Shown: piece after piece, positions 60,707 through 62,789 of the stretch
Position numbering within the stretch: the first letter of the stretch is position 1
How the letters are laid out: the number at the start of each line of letters is the position of its first letter
From: a bacterium
GTDB lineage: Bacteria; Patescibacteriota; Dojkabacteria; JAKAPS01
Length of the DNA stretch: 62,789 bases
Assembly (NCBI GenBank): GCA_021806925.1
Contig: JAKAPS010000006.1
Coordinates: 1 to 62,789 of the forward strand
Reading direction: 5' to 3'
Position numbers and translations under genes: made by a program
The notes under the pieces: model-generated
Told to the model about the DNA's origin: nothing
Seen by the model: the letters and a program-made list of their open reading frames with translations, nothing else
The model's database searches: none

Positions 60707-61153
60707 ATGATTTTCTTTAAAAAGAATAGAGAAGAGCTTCCTCTTGGATTAAATATAAAAAACGACCCTCTTTCATATTATAAAAGGAAGATTTATTTGA
60801 TACATGAAACTTTTGGAATAATAATTTTTTGGAATGATTTCCTTATTCTATTCCCTATATTTTCTGGTGCATTAATATATATATATTTGATATTATTCTT
60901 AACAAAGGTCAATGTATTCTTTCCTAATTCATTTATACTTCAAACTACTTTCATTAATTTATCAATTAATAAAATTAATATTTACTATTTCCTATCCATT
61001 CCGTTCGTCTTCATGATTACAACATATTTATTTTCATTTCTATTTTTTAATAAAAACAAAAAGCTAGCATATACATTAAGCTATTTTTCATTCCTTACAA
61101 TATTAATGTATTTATTCCTAGTTATAAGAATATATGTATTAGTAAAAGTATGA
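60707..61153 (+). CDS. Small multi-pass membrane protein (about 3 TM)
   Basis: Hydrophobic composition; ATGA overlap with the downstream GT4 gene. Confidence 0.55.
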   Translation: MIFFKKNREELPLGLNIKNDPLSYYKRKIYLIHETFGIIIFWNDFLILFPIFSGALIYIYLILFLTKVNVFFPNSFILQTTFINLSINKINIYYFLSIPFVFMITTYLFSFLFFNKNKKLAYTLSYFSFLTILMYLFLVIRIYVLVKV

Positions 61154-62313
61154 TAAATAATATTTTAAAGATAACAGGAACGCCTATATTTCAAAAATAT
61201 TTTCATTTTTTTCCCCTTTTTATCACTGCATTTATTATATCTTTTCTTCTAGTTCCAATAATTGGATATGTTGATAGGAAATATAATTTTTTTTATCCTG
61301 GAAGGGATTCTCTGGATAAAAATGATTTAACCAGATCAAGAAAAATTCATACAGAACCTAAAGCAAAGGCAGGAGGAATTGCAGTAGTTAGTACGTTCTT
61401 AATATTAAGTATATTTAATGTTAATATATCAAAACCTTTTCTTGGTCTTATTTTTGGTGTATTAGTACTTTTTATAGGGGGTATACTTGATGACATATTT
61501 GAACTAAATGCAAAAATACAAATACTTTTTCAATTCATTTCTGCTTTTATAATAATTGGATTCGGAACTGGTATAAACTACATAAAAGTACCTCTTTACA
61601 AAACAATTTCTCTTGACTATTTTCAAGTACATATATTTAGTGCAATAAGATATATTCCTAGTATTTTAATTACTGTCATCTTTATTGTCTTTTTCATAAA
61701 TGCAATAAAGTGGAACGCAGGAAGTGATGGGCTAGCAGAAGGTAATATTACAATTGCATCAATAATAATAGGATTAATTAGCATTAGATTCCTTACAAAT
61801 GATACAGCAATACTCTCCTTTATATTTGCAGGAAGTATACTCGGATTACTAGCATATAATTTTTATCCTGCATATATATATTCTGGCAGTAGTGGAAAGT
61901 CTGTTTACGGCTTTATCATTGCAGTTCTTTCATTTATTTCAGGTAGTAAAATGGCTACAATAATAATAATCTTTTCATTACCTTTAATAGATGCAATTTG
62001 GGTTATAATCTACAGATATATAAAATATAGACCTAAAAATATATTTAAGCTTATGTCCATAAGCGATAAAACCCATTTTCACCACAAATTAATGGAGCTT
62101 GGATTATCTCAGAAGCAAGTTGCATACTTTGAATATACATATACTCTAGTAGTTGGAACATTCGTTTTTATGTTAACTGGTATGCATAAAGCTATGCTTC
62201 TTTTTATTATTCTATCAATTCTTTTTTTAATTCTTTCTATACTATCCGTTAAACTAAAATCTAAAACAAACAACCTTATTAATGTTGATATATTAAGAAA
62301 GATTAGGGAATAG
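61150..62313 (+). CDS. WecA/TagO/MraY-family (glycosyltransferase 4) polyprenyl-phosphate transferase
   Basis: GGIAV, GILDD, SDGLA, NFYPA, DKTHFHHKL; about 11 TM. Confidence 0.88.
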   Translation: MINNILKITGTPIFQKYFHFFPLFITAFIISFLLVPIIGYVDRKYNFFYPGRDSLDKNDLTRSRKIHTEPKAKAGGIAVVSTFLILSIFNVNISKPFLGLIFGVLVLFIGGILDDIFELNAKIQILFQFISAFIIIGFGTGINYIKVPLYKTISLDYFQVHIFSAIRYIPSILITVIFIVFFINAIKWNAGSDGLAEGNITIASIIIGLISIRFLTNDTAILSFIFAGSILGLLAYNFYPAYIYSGSSGKSVYGFIIAVLSFISGSKMATIIIIFSLPLIDAIWVIIYRYIKYRPKNIFKLMSISDKTHFHHKLMELGLSQKQVAYFEYTYTLVVGTFVFMLTGMHKAMLLFIILSILFLILSILSVKLKSKTNNLINVDILRKIRE

Positions 62314-62315
62314 AT

Positions 62316-62789
62316 CTACTCCAAACTTCCAGACTTTCTTGTTAAGGTACCATCATTATTTCGTGTAATTACAGTAAAAGTTCTATTTATATTGTCAACT
62401 TTACTAATCTCAGTGACATAAAAACTACCATGTTCTACACTGCAACATGCTGTTGTTTCTGTACCATCAGTAGCAGTTCTACTTATTGATGAAATAGTAT
62501 ATTTATCAGAACCATCACCTAAATATGAAATATTGTACTTATTTCCTTCATTGTCCGTGTATTCTAAATTACATCCTACTCCATATATTTCTTTTATAGA
62601 AACATTACCATATTTGATTAGTTCTGAAGTTATTTCTGTACCATTATTAATATATTCAGCACTTAGAATTTCATGTTGAGTTTTTACTTTTTCTAGATTG
62701 GAGTATGCTTTTACAAAATCATCGAAAAAGCTGAATAATTCAGCATAATGTTCAAAATTAGGTATAGTAGAATCGTTTTTTAAATTATT
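62316..62789 (-). CDS. Partial hypothetical protein (5' end beyond the window)
   Basis: Stop-free minus frame from the window end to TAG at 62316-62318 (...VITRNNDGTLTRKSGSLE*). Confidence 0.7.
   Translation of the reverse strand, partial: NNLKNDSTIPNFEHYAELFSFFDDFVKAYSNLEKVKTQHEILSAEYINNGTEITSELIKYGNVSIKEIYGVGCNLEYTDNEGNKYNISYLGDGSDKYTISSISRTATDGTETTACCSVEHGSFYVTEISKVDNINRTFTVITRNNDGTLTRKSGSLE

Overview
A roughly 30% GC, gene-dense chromosomal segment read with the standard code (TGA is a stop). Gene content points to a Patescibacteria/CPR organism (Microgenomates/Dojkabacteria-like; inference). Housekeeping genes: thrS, valS, smpB, groEL/groES, hrcA-grpE-dnaK with two CIRCE operators, murJ, ppa, rplY, trmD, an SbcC/D-like pair, a Xer-type recombinase and one tRNA. 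These are mixed with many envelope/host-interaction genes: a VirD4-like coupling ATPase, six VirB2/TrbC-like pilins plus a decayed seventh, a VirB6-like membrane protein, a type IV pilin, a SpoIID hydrolase, a secreted glycosidase and two tandem fibre-like paralogs. The best candidate for an undescribed system is the minus-strand operon AI-2E - trmD - VirB6-like - 2414-aa giant protein - membrane protein (40256-51963). The giant protein joins a glycine-zipper membrane region to C-terminal M23-like and lytic-transglycosylase-like domains. Other highlights: a tRNA-Ile with a UAU anticodon, paralogs whose 185-aa N-terminal module is identical in protein but differs at silent sites, and a probable -1 frameshift at an A10 run. 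No CRISPR, rRNA, transposase or prophage was seen. All family calls come from motif recognition by eye; no database search was run.
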